NCBI RefSeq assembly: GCF_035084215.1
Contig: NC_090331.1
Coordinates: forward strand, 72,230,001-72,294,000
Reading direction: 5' to 3'
Origin: Heptranchias perlo
Taxonomy: Eukaryota
DNA: 64,000 bases
This document shows positions 52,530-64,000 of the stretch, one piece after another. The position numbers and the translations under genes are program-made. The notes under the pieces were generated by a model. That model was not told the origin of the DNA and made no database searches. It worked only from the letters and a program-made list of their open reading frames with translations. The first letter of the stretch is position 1. Every line of letters begins with the position of its first letter.

Positions 52530-52900
52530 TCTGCCAATGGCTCAGCAGGTTCAGGCAGTGAGTAGCTGAACCAAGTACAGAATAGGAAGGTCCAAGACTT
52601 TACACTGGTCTGCGTTGAGTTAGTTGATCTCAGCCAGGGTGGTGATAGAATTCTCCAATTGGCTTCAGCGCTCTGGGTTGGGGATGGAAAAATATAGGCT
52701 GCTCCTGATTGCTGTCCAGGAACACCTGCTCGAAGTAATTTTGAGTGGACATTGGTTAGGGAAAGGATCAAGCTCCGCTGTGATGTCCCCCACGATAGAA
52801 AACCTTGCTGACACTCACTGGCAACACATATATGAAAGGTGAACACTTCGTCACAGCAATGCACTGTACCCTCAGCCTATGGAACCACATGCCAGCATGG
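52530..52900 (+). mobile_element. Possible degenerate tRNA-derived SINE
   Basis: A-box-like TGGCTCAGCAGG followed by a degenerate B-box region; family not identified. Confidence 0.35.
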
Positions 52901-53177
52901 AAACAACTATTTAAGGAGAGCAGGAGGAAGGGTGGGAGAAAGGAGAAAGAAAGGCATAATTGAGTATTCGGCATAGAAATGAGCACTTCAAAAAAAAGAG
53001 AAAATAAAACTAATTTAAATTGGAAGACATCAAACGGCCAAGTAAAATCATTGTTTTATACATTTTTCATGGAAATCCAGTTATAAATGAGATAATTAAT
53101 AAGAAATACCGGTGAAGGGCATTTTACCTTTATTCAGAAATGTTTCAACAAGACAAACAGAAGGTTGATACAACAAT

Positions 53178-53297
53178 TTAGAATCCCTCATGCGCCTGAA
53201 AGATCCGATAGTTGAGCTGGTGGCGCCCCAGTCACTGAATCTCCTGTATTCACCGGGTCTCATGAAGTACTGTCGGCCTCTGTAGTTGGGTTGTTCA
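53178..53297 (-). pseudogene. Orphan 3' portion of a gamma-crystallin exon 3
   Basis: Reads [37 protein letters not shown], then a 1-bp deletion before the stop; upstream part of exon and acceptor absent; AATAAA 53129-53134. Confidence 0.9.
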
Positions 53298-53513
53298 AGA
53301 ATTGACCACCTGTGATTCCTCTATGGGCCAAGCAGTCCTCATTCATAGTGACGCACATTTTCAATCTCTCTTCCTTGAAGTCACTACATTAAATTGTCAA
53401 TGTTATTGATTGAGTTTACAGGGCCGAATTCCTTCAGATTGAACTCCCGGAAATCCAGCAGAAAGGTTGAGATAAATTTCGGTTGCTGGATAGGCCAAGT
53501 TGGGATCTTAGTG

Positions 53514-53910
53514 TTAGCCATGGCTCAGTTGTCGCACTCTCGTCTCTGAGTTAGAAGGTTGTGGGTTTAAGTCCCAGTCCAGAGCTTGAGCACAAAATCT
53601 AGGCTGATACTTCAATGCAGTACTGAGGGAACACTGCAATCTACTGTCGGAGACACTATTTTGAAGAAGAGCTGGGGAGTTCTCCCCGGTGTCCTGTCCA
53701 ATATTTATCCCTCGACCAAAATCACGAAAAACAGATGATCTTGTTATTGATCGCATTTCTGTTAGTGAGAGCTTGTTGTGCGCAAATTGTCGGCTGCATT
53801 TCTTCCATTACAGCAGTGACTGCACTTCTAAAGTGCTTAATTGGCTGTAAAGCGCATTGGCACATTCTGAGGTTGTGAAAGGTGCTATATAAATACAAGT
53901 TCTTTCTTTT
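53514..53910 (+). mobile_element. DeuSINE-like element with tRNA-like head
   Basis: TGGCTCAGTTG A-box, GGTTTAAGTCC B-box-like; body and tail match 44320-44650. Confidence 0.8.
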
Positions 53911-55780
53911 AGTTGGGAATTCCTACTCAGCCTTGTAAGTGGTCGAGTGTCTTCCTTTCCCCCTTCCGTGGCCACTTGCGTGGAGAGGGCGGGGTTGCGG
54001 GGGGTGACTCTGTATATTGGGAGTTCCCTCTTCTCCATATCATAAAGGAACTGGTGTAACACTGGAGGCCATTAGGCCCAGTGAGATCTGGTATATCACC
54101 CTCATGAATGGTGGAAATAGACCTCACCGGAAGAGGTGCAGGTTGGGGAAATGACACCTCCTGGACCTGTACAAATGAGGTGATCTCCAAATGGTCATGC
54201 AAACTCTACTAAGGTCGGCACTGGATGGCACCGGTGGGCACAATCCTGGCGTTACTGGCAGGATCACGGCCCATGCATTTTCTGCATGGCTAATTACTCA
54301 CTTTAATGATATTCATATAGCTGCAGTAAAATATTCTGCATGTGACCACCTGATCATCGTTTTGGACAATTTCAGTGAGAATTAAAACATAAGCGAATAA
54401 AACAAGATGACAGTGTAAAGTGGATATTTTATTATGTTGGCTAATGATTCAACAACATAAAGTCATGTTTTACAATGTCAGACTAGAAGAACCTCATACG
54501 CCTGAAAGATCTGACAGTTCCGCAAGAGCTACCCCAGTCACTGAATCTCCTGTATTCACCGGGTCTCAGGAAGTACTGATGGCCTCTGTAGTTGGGATGT
54601 TCATAGAAGTTCCAGTAACCGTCCATCACATGGCAGGAGTGAATGTCACGGTAGCGGAAACGATCGTAGACAGATGGACTGTCATCCATGAATTCCATCA
54701 TCTGTCCTCCAAAGTCAGGCCTCTCGTAAATCTTCATTCTGTACGACCTTCCTCTGTACTGTAATATAAATACGATCATATTCCTGATGAAACTGCAAAT
54801 ATACATTTGGTGTGTGTAGAAAAAGAGATACCTGGTAAGGAGGGAATATGACGGGGCCCAGATGATGTCATCAACAATGAGGGCAAAGCTGAGATAATTT
54901 ATTAACATCGATTGAACAAGTTGATTATGTTTGAGCCTCGTTAACAGCAAGCAGCTCCTATGTAATTTTATACAGTGAAGCAGTGAACTCTCTGTAAGAG
55001 TACACGTGGCCTGATATTAGTGGTTGCACCCAGACAGGAGGTTTCTCAATAGCTGTAAAAATCTAAATTTACTTATTGATCGTATTGTGAGGAGATTTTT
55101 CTCTGTGTGTGGGAGCAGGTTTCTCTTTCTTTTAATCTATTAAACAATTACAGTAAAACTAATGGAGCAAGTACAAATATGCCTGTCAGCAAGTTGTACT
55201 CAGTCATGTCTTAGTCTAGCTGGAGATAAATTTATTACTTTCTACACAGTCAATGCATCAATTTAGCTTTCAGTTCTGAATATTTGATTAATAACAAACA
55301 CATGTATCCAATTATATTTCCAAATATTTATGAGCTTTGCAACAGGCTATACGTCACATGACACAACAGTGACGATACTTCAAAAGTGCTTAATTGGCTG
55401 TAAAGTGCATTGGCACATCCTGAGGTTGTAAAAGGCGCTATATAAATACAAGTTCTTTCTTTTAGTTGAGAATTCCTGTTCAGCCTTGTAAGTGGTCGAG
55501 TGACTTTCTTCCCTCCATCCATGGCCACTTGTGTGGAATGGACGGGGACTCTGCATGTTGGGAGTTCCCTCTTCTCCAGACTATAAAAGAACTGGTGTAA
55601 CACTGGAGGCTGTTAGGCCCAGTGAGATCTGGTATATCACCTTCAAGAAAGGTGGAAATAGATCTCACCGTAAGAGGTGCAGGTTGGGGAAACGGCACGT
55701 CCTGGACCCGTACAAATGAGGTGATCTCCTATCGGCCACTCAAACTCAACCAAGATCAGCACTGGATGGCAACAGTGGGC
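53810..55780 (+). repeat. ~420-bp direct repeat (53810-54240 and 55365-55780): SINE tail plus shared flank
   Basis: Both copies continue past the SINE tail into the same sequence (AATTCCT..TCAGCCTTGTAAGTGGTCGAGTG...GCACTGGATGGCA..GTGGGCAC). Confidence 0.88.
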
Positions 55781-58700
55781 ACGTGAATAGGATAGTGAAT
55801 AAAGCAGATAAGCTAAGGGCACAGATAGACGCATGGAAGTACGATATCTTAGCTATTACAGAAACATGCCTTAAACAGGGGCAGAAATGGCAGCTCAACG
55901 TTCCTGGTTACAGGGTTTTCAGATGAGATAGAGAGGGAGATATAAAAGGAGATGGGGGTGGCAATATTGGTTAAAGAAACAATTACGGCTGTGAGGAGGG
56001 GTGATATGTTAGAAGGATCATCAAATGAGGCCATATGATTTGAGCTAAAGAACAAAAAAGGGGCAGTCATACTGCTGGGAGTGTATTATAGACCCCCAAA
56101 CAGCCAGAGGGAGATAGAAGAGCAAATATGTAGGCAAATTTCTGAGAAGTGCAAAAACAATAGGGCAGTAATAGTAGGGGATTTCAACTAGCCTATTATT
56201 AACTGGGATACAATCAGTGTAAAAGGTATAGAGAGCGCAGAATTCTTAAATTACATTCAGGAGAACTTTTTTAGCCAGTACGTAGCAAGCCCAACAAGAG
56301 GGGGCAGTTCTGGATTTAGTTTCAGGGAATGAAGCTGGGCAGGTGGAAGGAGCATCAGTAGGAGAGCATTTTGGTGGTAGTGATCATAATTCAGTTAGAT
56401 TTAGCATAGTTATGGAAAAGGAAACAGATGGAACAAGTGTAAAAGTTCTAAATTGGGGGAAGGCCAATTTTACTAAGCTGTGAAGTGATTTAGCAAAAGT
56501 GGACTGGAAACAGCTACTTGAAGGTAAATCAGTGTCAGAGCAGTGGGAGGCATTCAGGGGGGAGATTCAAGGGGTTCAGAGTAATCATGTTCCCACAAAG
56601 AAAAAGGGTGGGACTGCCAAATCTAGAGCCCCCTGGATGACAAGGACCATACAGGGTAAGATAAGGCAGAAAAGGGAAGCTTATGTCAGGCACCAAGAGC
56701 TCAATACTGCAGAAAGTCTGGAGGAGTATAGAAAGTGCAGGGGTGAAATTCAAAAGGAAATTAGGAAAGCAAAGAGAAGGCATGAAAAAATACAGGCAAG
56801 TAAAATTAAGGAAAACCCAAAAATGTTTTATAAATACATAAAGAGCAAGAGAATACTAAGGAAAGAATAGGGCCCATTAGAGACCAAAAGGGTAACCATG
56901 TGTGGAGGCGGAAGATGTGGGTATGGTTCTTAATGAATACTTTGCATCAGTCTTCACAAAAGAGGAGGACGATTCAGAGATTGTAGTTAAGGAGGAGGAA
57001 TGTGAAATATTGGACAGGATAAATACAGTGAGAGAGGAAGTATTAAGGCATTTAGCATCTTTGAAAGTAGTTAAATTGCCAGACCTGGATGAAATGTATC
57101 CCAGGTAGCTAAGAGAAGCAAGGGAGGAAATAGCAGAGGTTCTGACCATCATTTTCCAATCCTCCCTGGCTACGGGCATGGTGTCGAAGGATTGGAGGAC
57201 TGCTAACATTGTACCGTTGTTGAAAAAGGAAGAAAGAGATAGACCGAGTAATTATAGGCCAGTCAGTCTAACCTCGGTGGTGGGCAAATCATTGGAATCG
57301 ATTCTGAGGGACAGCATAAATCGTCATTTAGTAAGGCACGGGTTAATCAAGGACAGTCAGCATGGATTTGTTCAGGGGAGGTTGTGTCTGATTAACTTGA
57401 TTGAATTTTTTGAGCAGTTAACAAGGAGGGTCTATGCGGGTAATGTGTTTGATTTAGTTTACATGGATTTTAGCAAGGCTTTTGACAGGTCCCACATGAC
57501 AGACTGGTCAAAAAAGTAAAAGCCCATGGGATTCAAGGGAAAGTGGCTAGATGGATCCAAAATTGGCTCAGTGTCAGGAAACAAAGGGTAATGGTCGAAG
57601 GGCGTTTTTGCGACTGGAAGGCTGTTTTCAGTGGGGTTCTGCAAGGCTCAGCACTAGGTCCCTTGCTTTTTGTGGTATATATTAATGATTTAGACTTGAA
57701 TGTGGGGTGTTTGATCAAGAAGTTTGTAGATGATACAAAAATTGCTGTGTGGTTGATAGTGAGGAGGAAAGCTGTAGACTGCAGGAAGATATCAATGGAC
57801 TGGTCAGGTGGGCAGAAAAGTGGCAAATGGAATTCAGTCTAGAAAAGTGTGAGGTAATGCATTTGGGGAGGGCAAACAAGGCAAGGGAGTACACAATAAA
57901 TGGGAGGATACTGAGAGGTGTAGAGGAACAGAGGGAATTTGGAGTGCATGTCCCCAAATCCCTGAAGCTGGCAGGACAGGGAGATAAAGTGGTTAAAAAG
58001 GATACGGGATATTTTCCTTTATTAGCCGAGGCACAGAATATAAGAGCAGGGAGGTTATGCTAGAACTGTATAAAACATTGGTTAGGCCACAGCTTGAGTA
58101 CTGCGTACAGTTCTGGTCACCACATTACAGGAAAGATGTGATTGCACTAGAGAGGCTACAGAGGAGATTTACGTGGCTGTTGCCAGGGCTGGAGAATTTT
58201 AGTTATGAGGAAAGATTGGATAGGCTGGGGTTGTTTTCTTTGGAACAAAGGAGGCTAAGGGAAGATTTATTTGAGGTATATAAAATTATGACAGGAGTAG
58301 ATAGAGTGAATAGGGAGGACCTATTTCTCTTATCAGAGGTGTCAGTGACCAGGGGATATATATTTAAAGTAATTAGTAGAAGGATTAGATGGGAGCTGAG
58401 GAGAAATTTTTTCACCCAGAGGGTGGTGGGGGTCTGGAACTCACTGTCTGAAAGGATGGTAGAGGCAGAAATCCTCAACTCATTTAAAAAGTATTTGGAT
58501 GTGCACTTGAAGTGCTGTAACCTACAGGGCTACAGACCAAGTGCTGGAAAGTGGGATTAGACTGGATAGCTCTTTATCGGCCGGCACGGACACAATGGGT
58601 CGAATGGTCTCCTTCTGTGCCATAACATTCCAAGATTCGATGATTCTATGATTCTAGAATAACCTTCCTTTCCAGTTCGCACAAGTATAGACTTAATAAT

Positions 58701-59334
58701 CAAGCCGTATAACTTCACCGCAGGTACAAAATTACAAGGGCTGGTACTAACTTTTGATAGTAGCAGAAAACAGGTGGCAGTGGATTGGAAAATCAGGCAG
58801 GATATATGACGGGCAGCCAATCCGCTTCCAGTCGTTATCCCCCACTGCCGAAAGTTCAAATCAGCCCCATGTAAACAGATAATGTGTCTTCACAGCCGAC
58901 ACAGACAAACTAAAATGCCCAGCACAGTTGTCATTTCTAGATGTCACTCTGGGTAGAACAAACAAACTAACAGAAGTAACTTACATATGGGGAGGTGCGA
59001 CATGATCTGATGTTGTCATTGAATCCCATCCAGCGCTGGTAGTCAGGATATTCTCCCCTGCTCAGAACATACTGGTATCCCATGTAATTGGGTCTCTCAT
59101 ACACCACCCACCAGTCACTCTCAACACGGATGGAGTTACAGCGGCTGAAGTAAGAGGACAGGTCATCACAGTCAGTACTGCACTCGTAGTGCCGACCCTG
59201 GAAGTTCCTGTCTTCATAAAAGATGATCTGTGGAAAGACATAAGCTTGGAATTAATAATTTCACAAACTAGGAGATAATTAATGAAGAATTCTAATACAA
59301 TGTATAAAATCTGAGTTCTCCTTGCCTTTCCCAA
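54483..59334 (-). pseudogene. Gamma-crystallin gene 5, probable pseudogene (no ATG or promoter); exons 59326-59334, 58985-59227, 54483-54758
   Basis: Exons 2 and 3 full length and open; exon 1 reads TTG GGA AAG|gcaag; upstream sequence is repeat-derived with no crystallin TATA block and an in-frame TAA. Confidence 0.8.
55785..58655 (+). mobile_element. Near full-length decayed CR1 ORF2 (endonuclease + RT) in intron 2 of gene 5
   Basis: ILAITET, GVYYRPP, GDFN, NYRPVSLTS, SQHGF, FVDDTK, QFWSPHY motifs with stops/frameshifts; ATTCTATG tail. Confidence 0.93.
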
Positions 59335-59800
59335 TCTCAGTCGGACAACACGGTGTGAACTGCTGAGAGTTTGGTTCGTGTGGGAGTTTAAGGGTTAATC
59401 TCTTTAAAATCAAGTGCATATTGCTTTCAACTGTTTAAGTTCAATTGCTATCAACTGTTTAAGTTCAATTTTAAAATTTAAATTTTTAAGTTTCTGTCAG
59501 GCATCAGCAGAGTAAGTTAATTGGTTAGCTAGATTAAACTGGTACCTGAAGGTGGGGCAGGCCTGACTCATCTGAGTCACAAACTGTAGAAATACAGGGG
59601 CCTGTCAGTGCGACAGCACGGTGTGCGGACAACACAATGTAAATGCTGAGAGTCTGGTAAGTGTGGGAGTTGGGGGAAGGAGGTGCTGCTTTGCCTTGCT
59701 TTTCCTAACTTTTTCCCCAGAGCGGCAGTGGACCTGAGCGTAGAAGACTGAGATTGGGGAATAAAAGCAGCAGCAGACCTGCAACAAGAGACAACTACTC

Positions 59801-62419
59801 GAGCGGCGGAACGAAAGGTGATCCCCGAGGCGGGGAGCGGGGGTACTAAAGGTGAGCCCCGAGGGGGCGAGCGGGGGTACTAAAGGTGAGCCGCGAGGGG
59901 GGGAGCGGGGGTACCAAAGGTGATCCCCGAGGCGGGGAGCGGGGGTACTAAAGGTGAGCCCCGAGGTGGGGAGCGGGGGTACTAAAGGTGATCCCCGAGG
60001 CGGGGAGCGGGGGTACTAAAGGTGAGCCCCGAGGGGGGGAGCGGTGGTACTAAAGGTGAGCCCTGAGGGGGCGAGCGGGGGTACTAAAGGTGAGCCCCGA
60101 GGGGGGGAGCGGCGGTACTAAAGGTGATCCCCGAGGCGGGGAGCGGGGGTACTAAAGGTGATCCCCAAGGCGGGGAGCGGGGGTACTAAAGGTGATCCCC
60201 GAGGCGGGGAGCGGGGGTACTAAAGGTGAGCCCCGAGGTGGGGAGCGGGGGAACTAAAGGTGAGCCCCGAGGTGGGGAGCGGGGGTACTAAAGGTGAGCC
60301 CCAAGGGGGCGAGCAGCGGTACTAAAGGTGATCCCCGAGGGGGCGAGCGGGGGTACTAAAGGTGAGCCCCGAGGCGGGGAGCGGGGGTACTAAAGGTGAT
60401 CCCCGAGGGGGCGAGCGGGGGTACTAAAGGTGAGCCCCGAGGCGGGGAGAGGCGGTACTAAAGGTGAGCCCCGAGGGGGCGAGCGGGGGTACTAAAGGTG
60501 AGCCCCGAGGGGGGGAGCGGGGGTACTAAAGGTGAGCCCCGAGGCGGGGAGCAGGGGTACTAAAGGTGATCCCCGAGGCGGGGAGCGGCGGTACTAAAGG
60601 TGAGGCTCGGGGGGGTACGAAAGGTGAGCCCCGAGGCGGGGAGCGGCGGTACTAAAGGTGAGCCGCGAGGGGGCGAGCGGGGGTACTAAAGGTGAGCCCC
60701 GAGGGGGGGAGCGGGGGTACTAAAGGTGAGCCCCGAGGCGGGGAGCGGGGGTACTAAAGGTGATCCCCGAGGCGGGGAGCGGCGGTACTAAAGGTGAGGC
60801 GAGGGGGGGCGAGGGGGGGTACGAAAGGTGAGCCCCGAGGGGGGGAGCGGGGGTACTAAAGGTGAGCCCCGAGGGGGGAGCGGGGGTACGAAAGGTGAGC
60901 CCCGAGGGGGGGTACGAAAGGTGATCCCCGAGGGGGGGAGCGGGGGTACGAAAGGTGAGCCCCGAGGGGGGAGCGGGGGTACGAAAGGTGAGCCCCGAGG
61001 GGGGGTACGAAAGGTGAGCCCCGAGGGGGGGTACGAAAGGTGATCCCCGAGGGGGGGAGCGGGGGTACGAAAGGTGAGCCCCGAGGGGGGGTACGAAAGG
61101 TGAGCCCCGAGGGGGGGAGCGGGGGTACTAAAGGTGAGCCCCGAGGGGGGAGCGGGGGTACGAAAGGTGAGCCCCGAGGGGGCGAGGGGGGGTACGAAAG
61201 GTGAGCCCCGAGGGGGCGAGGGGGGGTACTAAAGGTGAGCCCCGAGGCGGGAGGCGGGGGTACGAAAGGTGAGCCCCGAGGGGGCGAGGGGGGGTACGAA
61301 AGGTGAGCCCCGAGGGGGCGAGCGGGGTACTAAAGGTGAGCCCCGAGACGGGGAGCGGGGTACTAAAGGTGAGCCCCGAGGGGGCGAGGGGCCGTACTGA
61401 AGGTGAGCCCCGAGGGGGCGAGGGGCCGTACTGAAGGTGAGCCCCGAGGGGGGGAGCGGGGGTACTGAAGGTGAGCCCCGAGGCGGGGAGCGGGGGTACT
61501 AAAGGTGAGCCCCGAGGCGGGGAGCGGGGGTACTAAAGGTGAGCCCCGAGGCGGGGAGCGGGGGTACTAAAGGTGAGCCCCGAGGGGGGGAGAGGGGGTA
61601 CTAAAGGTGAGCCCCGAGGCGGGGAGTGGGGGTACTAAAGGTGAGCCCCGAGGGGGCGAGGGGCCGTACTAAAGTTGAGCCCCGAGAGGGCGAGGGACCG
61701 TACTAAAGGTGAGCCCCGAGGGGGCGAGGGACCGTACTAAAGGTGAGCCCCGAGGGGGCGAGGGACCGTACTAAAGGTGAGCCCCGAGGGGGCGAGGGAC
61801 CGTACTAAAGGTGAGCCCCGAGGGGGCGAGGGACCGTACTAAAGGTGAGCCCCGAGGGGGCGAGGGACCGCACTAAAGTTGAGCCCCGAGAGGGCGAGGG
61901 ACCGTACTAAAGGTGAGCCCCGAGGGGGCGAGTGTCTATACTAAAGTTGAACCCCGAGGGGGCGACGGACCGTACTAAAGGTGAGCCCCGAGGGGGCGAG
62001 GGACCGTACTAAAGGTGAGCCCCGAGGGGGCGAGGGACCGTACTAAAGGTGAGCCCCGAGGGGGCGAGGGACCGTACTAAAGGTGAGCCCCGAGGGGGCG
62101 AGGGGCCGTACTAAAGGTGAGCCCCGAGGGACCGTACTAAAGGTGAGCCCCGAGGGACCGTACTAAAGGTGAGCCCCGAGGGGGCGAGGGACCGTACTAA
62201 AGGTGAGCCCCGAGGGGGCGAGGGACCGTACTAAAGGTGAGCCCCGAGGGGGCGAGGGACCGTACTAAAGGTGAGCCCCGAGGGGGCGAGGGACCGTACT
62301 AAAGGTGAGCCCCGAGGGGGCGAGGGACCGTACTAAAGGTGAGCCCCGAGGGGGCGAGGGACCGTACTAAAGGTGAGCCACGAGGGGGCGAGGGACCGTA
62401 CTAAAGGTGAACCCCGAGG
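59801..62419 (+). repeat. G-rich minisatellite, 34-bp main unit, roughly 75-80 copies
   Basis: Unit TAAAGGTGAGCCCCGAGGCGGGGAGCGGGGGTAC (starts at 59847 and 59881 give 34 bp); 3' variant ends GGCGAGGGACCGTAC; some shortened units. Confidence 0.96.
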
Positions 62420-62677
62420 TTGTTTACAAATCCAGGTTCCGGGAGAGGGAAGCAAAAAGTATTTGTCGTGTGATATCATCAAAAAGCAGGTAAGTGATTG
62501 GTTGGTGAGTATTTTCTTTCTCAATTTTTCTCAACTTATATTTTGTGGTTACTACGGTCTCTTTGTGTAGCGGGGACGACTGTTAAGCAGGGGCCCTTGA
62601 GTATGTCACTTAATTCCAATGTGATTGGTGGGATCCATTTAATTTTAATTTAATTTAAATCAATTAAAGGGTAAGTC

Positions 62678-63398
62678 ATGGCAGGACAGCTCGGCCCCGT
62701 GGCATGCTCCTCCTGCTCTATGTGGGAAATCAGGGACACTTTGTCCCTGACGACCATGTGTGCGGGAAGTGTATCCAGCTGCAGCTACTGACAGACCGCA
62801 TTGCGGCACTGGAGCTGCGGATGGAGACATACTGGTGCATTCGCGATGCTGAGAACCATGTGGATAGCACGTTTAGTGAGTTGGTCACACCGCAGGTAAA
62901 GGGTGTACAGGCAGGAAGTGAATGGGTGACCACCAGGCAGAGTAAGAGTTAGAGGTGCAGGCAGGTAGTGCAGGGGTCCCCTGTGGCCATCCCCCTCTCA
63001 AACAGATATACCACTTTGGATACTGTTGGGGGGGATGACTTATCAGGGGAAGGCAGCAGCAGCAAACTTCCTGGCACCATGGGTGGCTCTGCTGCACAGG
63101 CTGGGAGGAAAAAGAGTGGAAGAGCTATAGTGATAGGGGACTCGATTGTAAGGGGAATAGACAGGCGTTTCTGCGGCCGCAACCGAGACTCCAGGATGGT
63201 GTGTTGCCTCCCTGGTGCAAGGGTCAAGGACGTCTCGGAGTGGCTACAGAACATTTTGGAGGGGGAGGGCGAACAGCCAGCTGTCGTGGTGCACATAGGC
63301 ACCAACGATATAGGTAAAAAAGGGGATGAGGTCCTAAAAGCAGAATATAGGGAGTTAGGAGGTAAATTAAAAAATAGGACCTCAAAGGTAGTAATCTC
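62678..63398 (+). pseudogene. CR1 ORF1 (zinc finger/leucine zipper + SGNH esterase), disrupted and 3'-truncated
   Basis: Frameshifted segments 62678-62952 and 62968-63398. Confidence 0.85.
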
Positions 63399-63940
63399 CA
63401 TACTTAAGAAAAGACATACTTGCTCTCGAGGCAGTACAAAGAAGGTTCACTCGGTTAATCCCGGGGATGAAGGGGTGGACATATGAGGAGAGGTTGAGTA
63501 GATTGGGACTCTACTCATTGGAGTTCAGAAGAATGAGAGGCGATCTTATTGAAACATATAAGATTGTGAAGGGGCTTGATCGGGTGGATGCGGTAAGGAT
63601 GTTCCCAAGGATGGGTGAAACTAGAACGAGGGGGCATAATCTTAGAATAAGGGGCTGCTCTTTCAAAACTGAGATGAGGAGAAACTTCTTCACTCAGAGG
63701 GTGGTAGGTCTGTGGAATTTGCTGCCCCAGGAAGCTGTGGAAGCTACATCATTAAATAAATTTAAAACAGAAATAGACAGTTTCCTAGAAGGAAAGGGAT
63801 TTAGGGGTTATGGGGAGCGGGCAGGAAATTGGACACGAATTTAGATTTGATGTTAGGATCAGATCAGCCATGATCTTATTGAATGGCGGAGCAAGCTCGA
63901 GGGGCCGATTGGCCTACTCCTGCTCCTATTTCTAAGAAAA

Positions 63941-64000
63941 TATCCCATGTACTTGGGTCTCTCATACACCACCCACCAGTCACTCTCAACACGGATGGAG
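63941..64000 (-). pseudogene. Gamma-crystallin gene 6, exon 2 broken at a CR1 3' end; continues beyond the window
   Basis: Reads [19 protein letters not shown] then runs into the CR1 tail at ~63940. Confidence 0.85.

Larger units (their letters stand above)
59335..63935 (+). mobile_element. CR1-type LINE block: putative 5' UTR with minisatellite, ORF1, then ORF2 3' end
   Basis: ORF1 from ATG 62678 (CSSC..CGKC, leucine-rich helix, SGNH esterase motifs IVIGDSIVRG and HIGTND); joined at ~63398 to the ORF2 C-terminus and CR1 3' UTR. Confidence 0.85.

Noticed and set aside
53514-53590. tRNA gene
   Set aside because: Only degenerate A/B boxes leading into a SINE body; no cloverleaf or terminator
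54784-54800. Other CTGATGA matches as hammerheads (also ~24714, ~30250, ~43289)
   Set aside because: No stem II followed by GAAA and no closing stem I
60828-61043. Repetitive Gly-rich ORF in the minisatellite
   Set aside because: A 34-bp unit does not hold frame and most units contain TAA; chance opening
59801-62419. CRISPR-like array (constant core alternating with a variable part)
   Set aside because: Variable parts are short related G-rich variants rather than unique spacers; vertebrate context; no cas genes
62968-63486. Stand-alone SGNH/GDSL esterase gene
   Set aside because: It is the known CR1 ORF1 esterase domain, truncated and fused to ORF2 sequence

Overview
Eukaryotic genomic DNA, very probably from a cartilaginous fish (shark), inferred from the crystallin type and repeat families. 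The window holds a tandem cluster of three-exon gamma-crystallin genes (shark gamma-S1-like), all on the minus strand. Four look intact (exons 9+243+276 bp, 175 aa). A fifth has lost its ATG and promoter at a CR1 LINE junction, there is an orphan exon-3 fragment, and a sixth gene is cut mid-exon 2 at the window end. Genes 1-3 lie in long duplicated units, so empty and filled insertion sites can be compared directly. The rest is dense with mobile DNA: CR1-type LINEs, PIF/Harbinger transposons (Myb/SANT + HARBI1-type nuclease and ~2.05 kb deletion derivatives with TIRs and 3-bp TSDs), a solo LTR, gag/integrase relics, DeuSINEs and a 2.6 kb G-rich 34-bp minisatellite upstream of a CR1 ORF1. The least obvious signal is a pair of short TSD-flanked Penelope-like inserts, each carrying a minimal hammerhead ribozyme fold with compensatory stem changes between copies. 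All calls were read by eye; repeat boundaries lacking TSDs are approximate.
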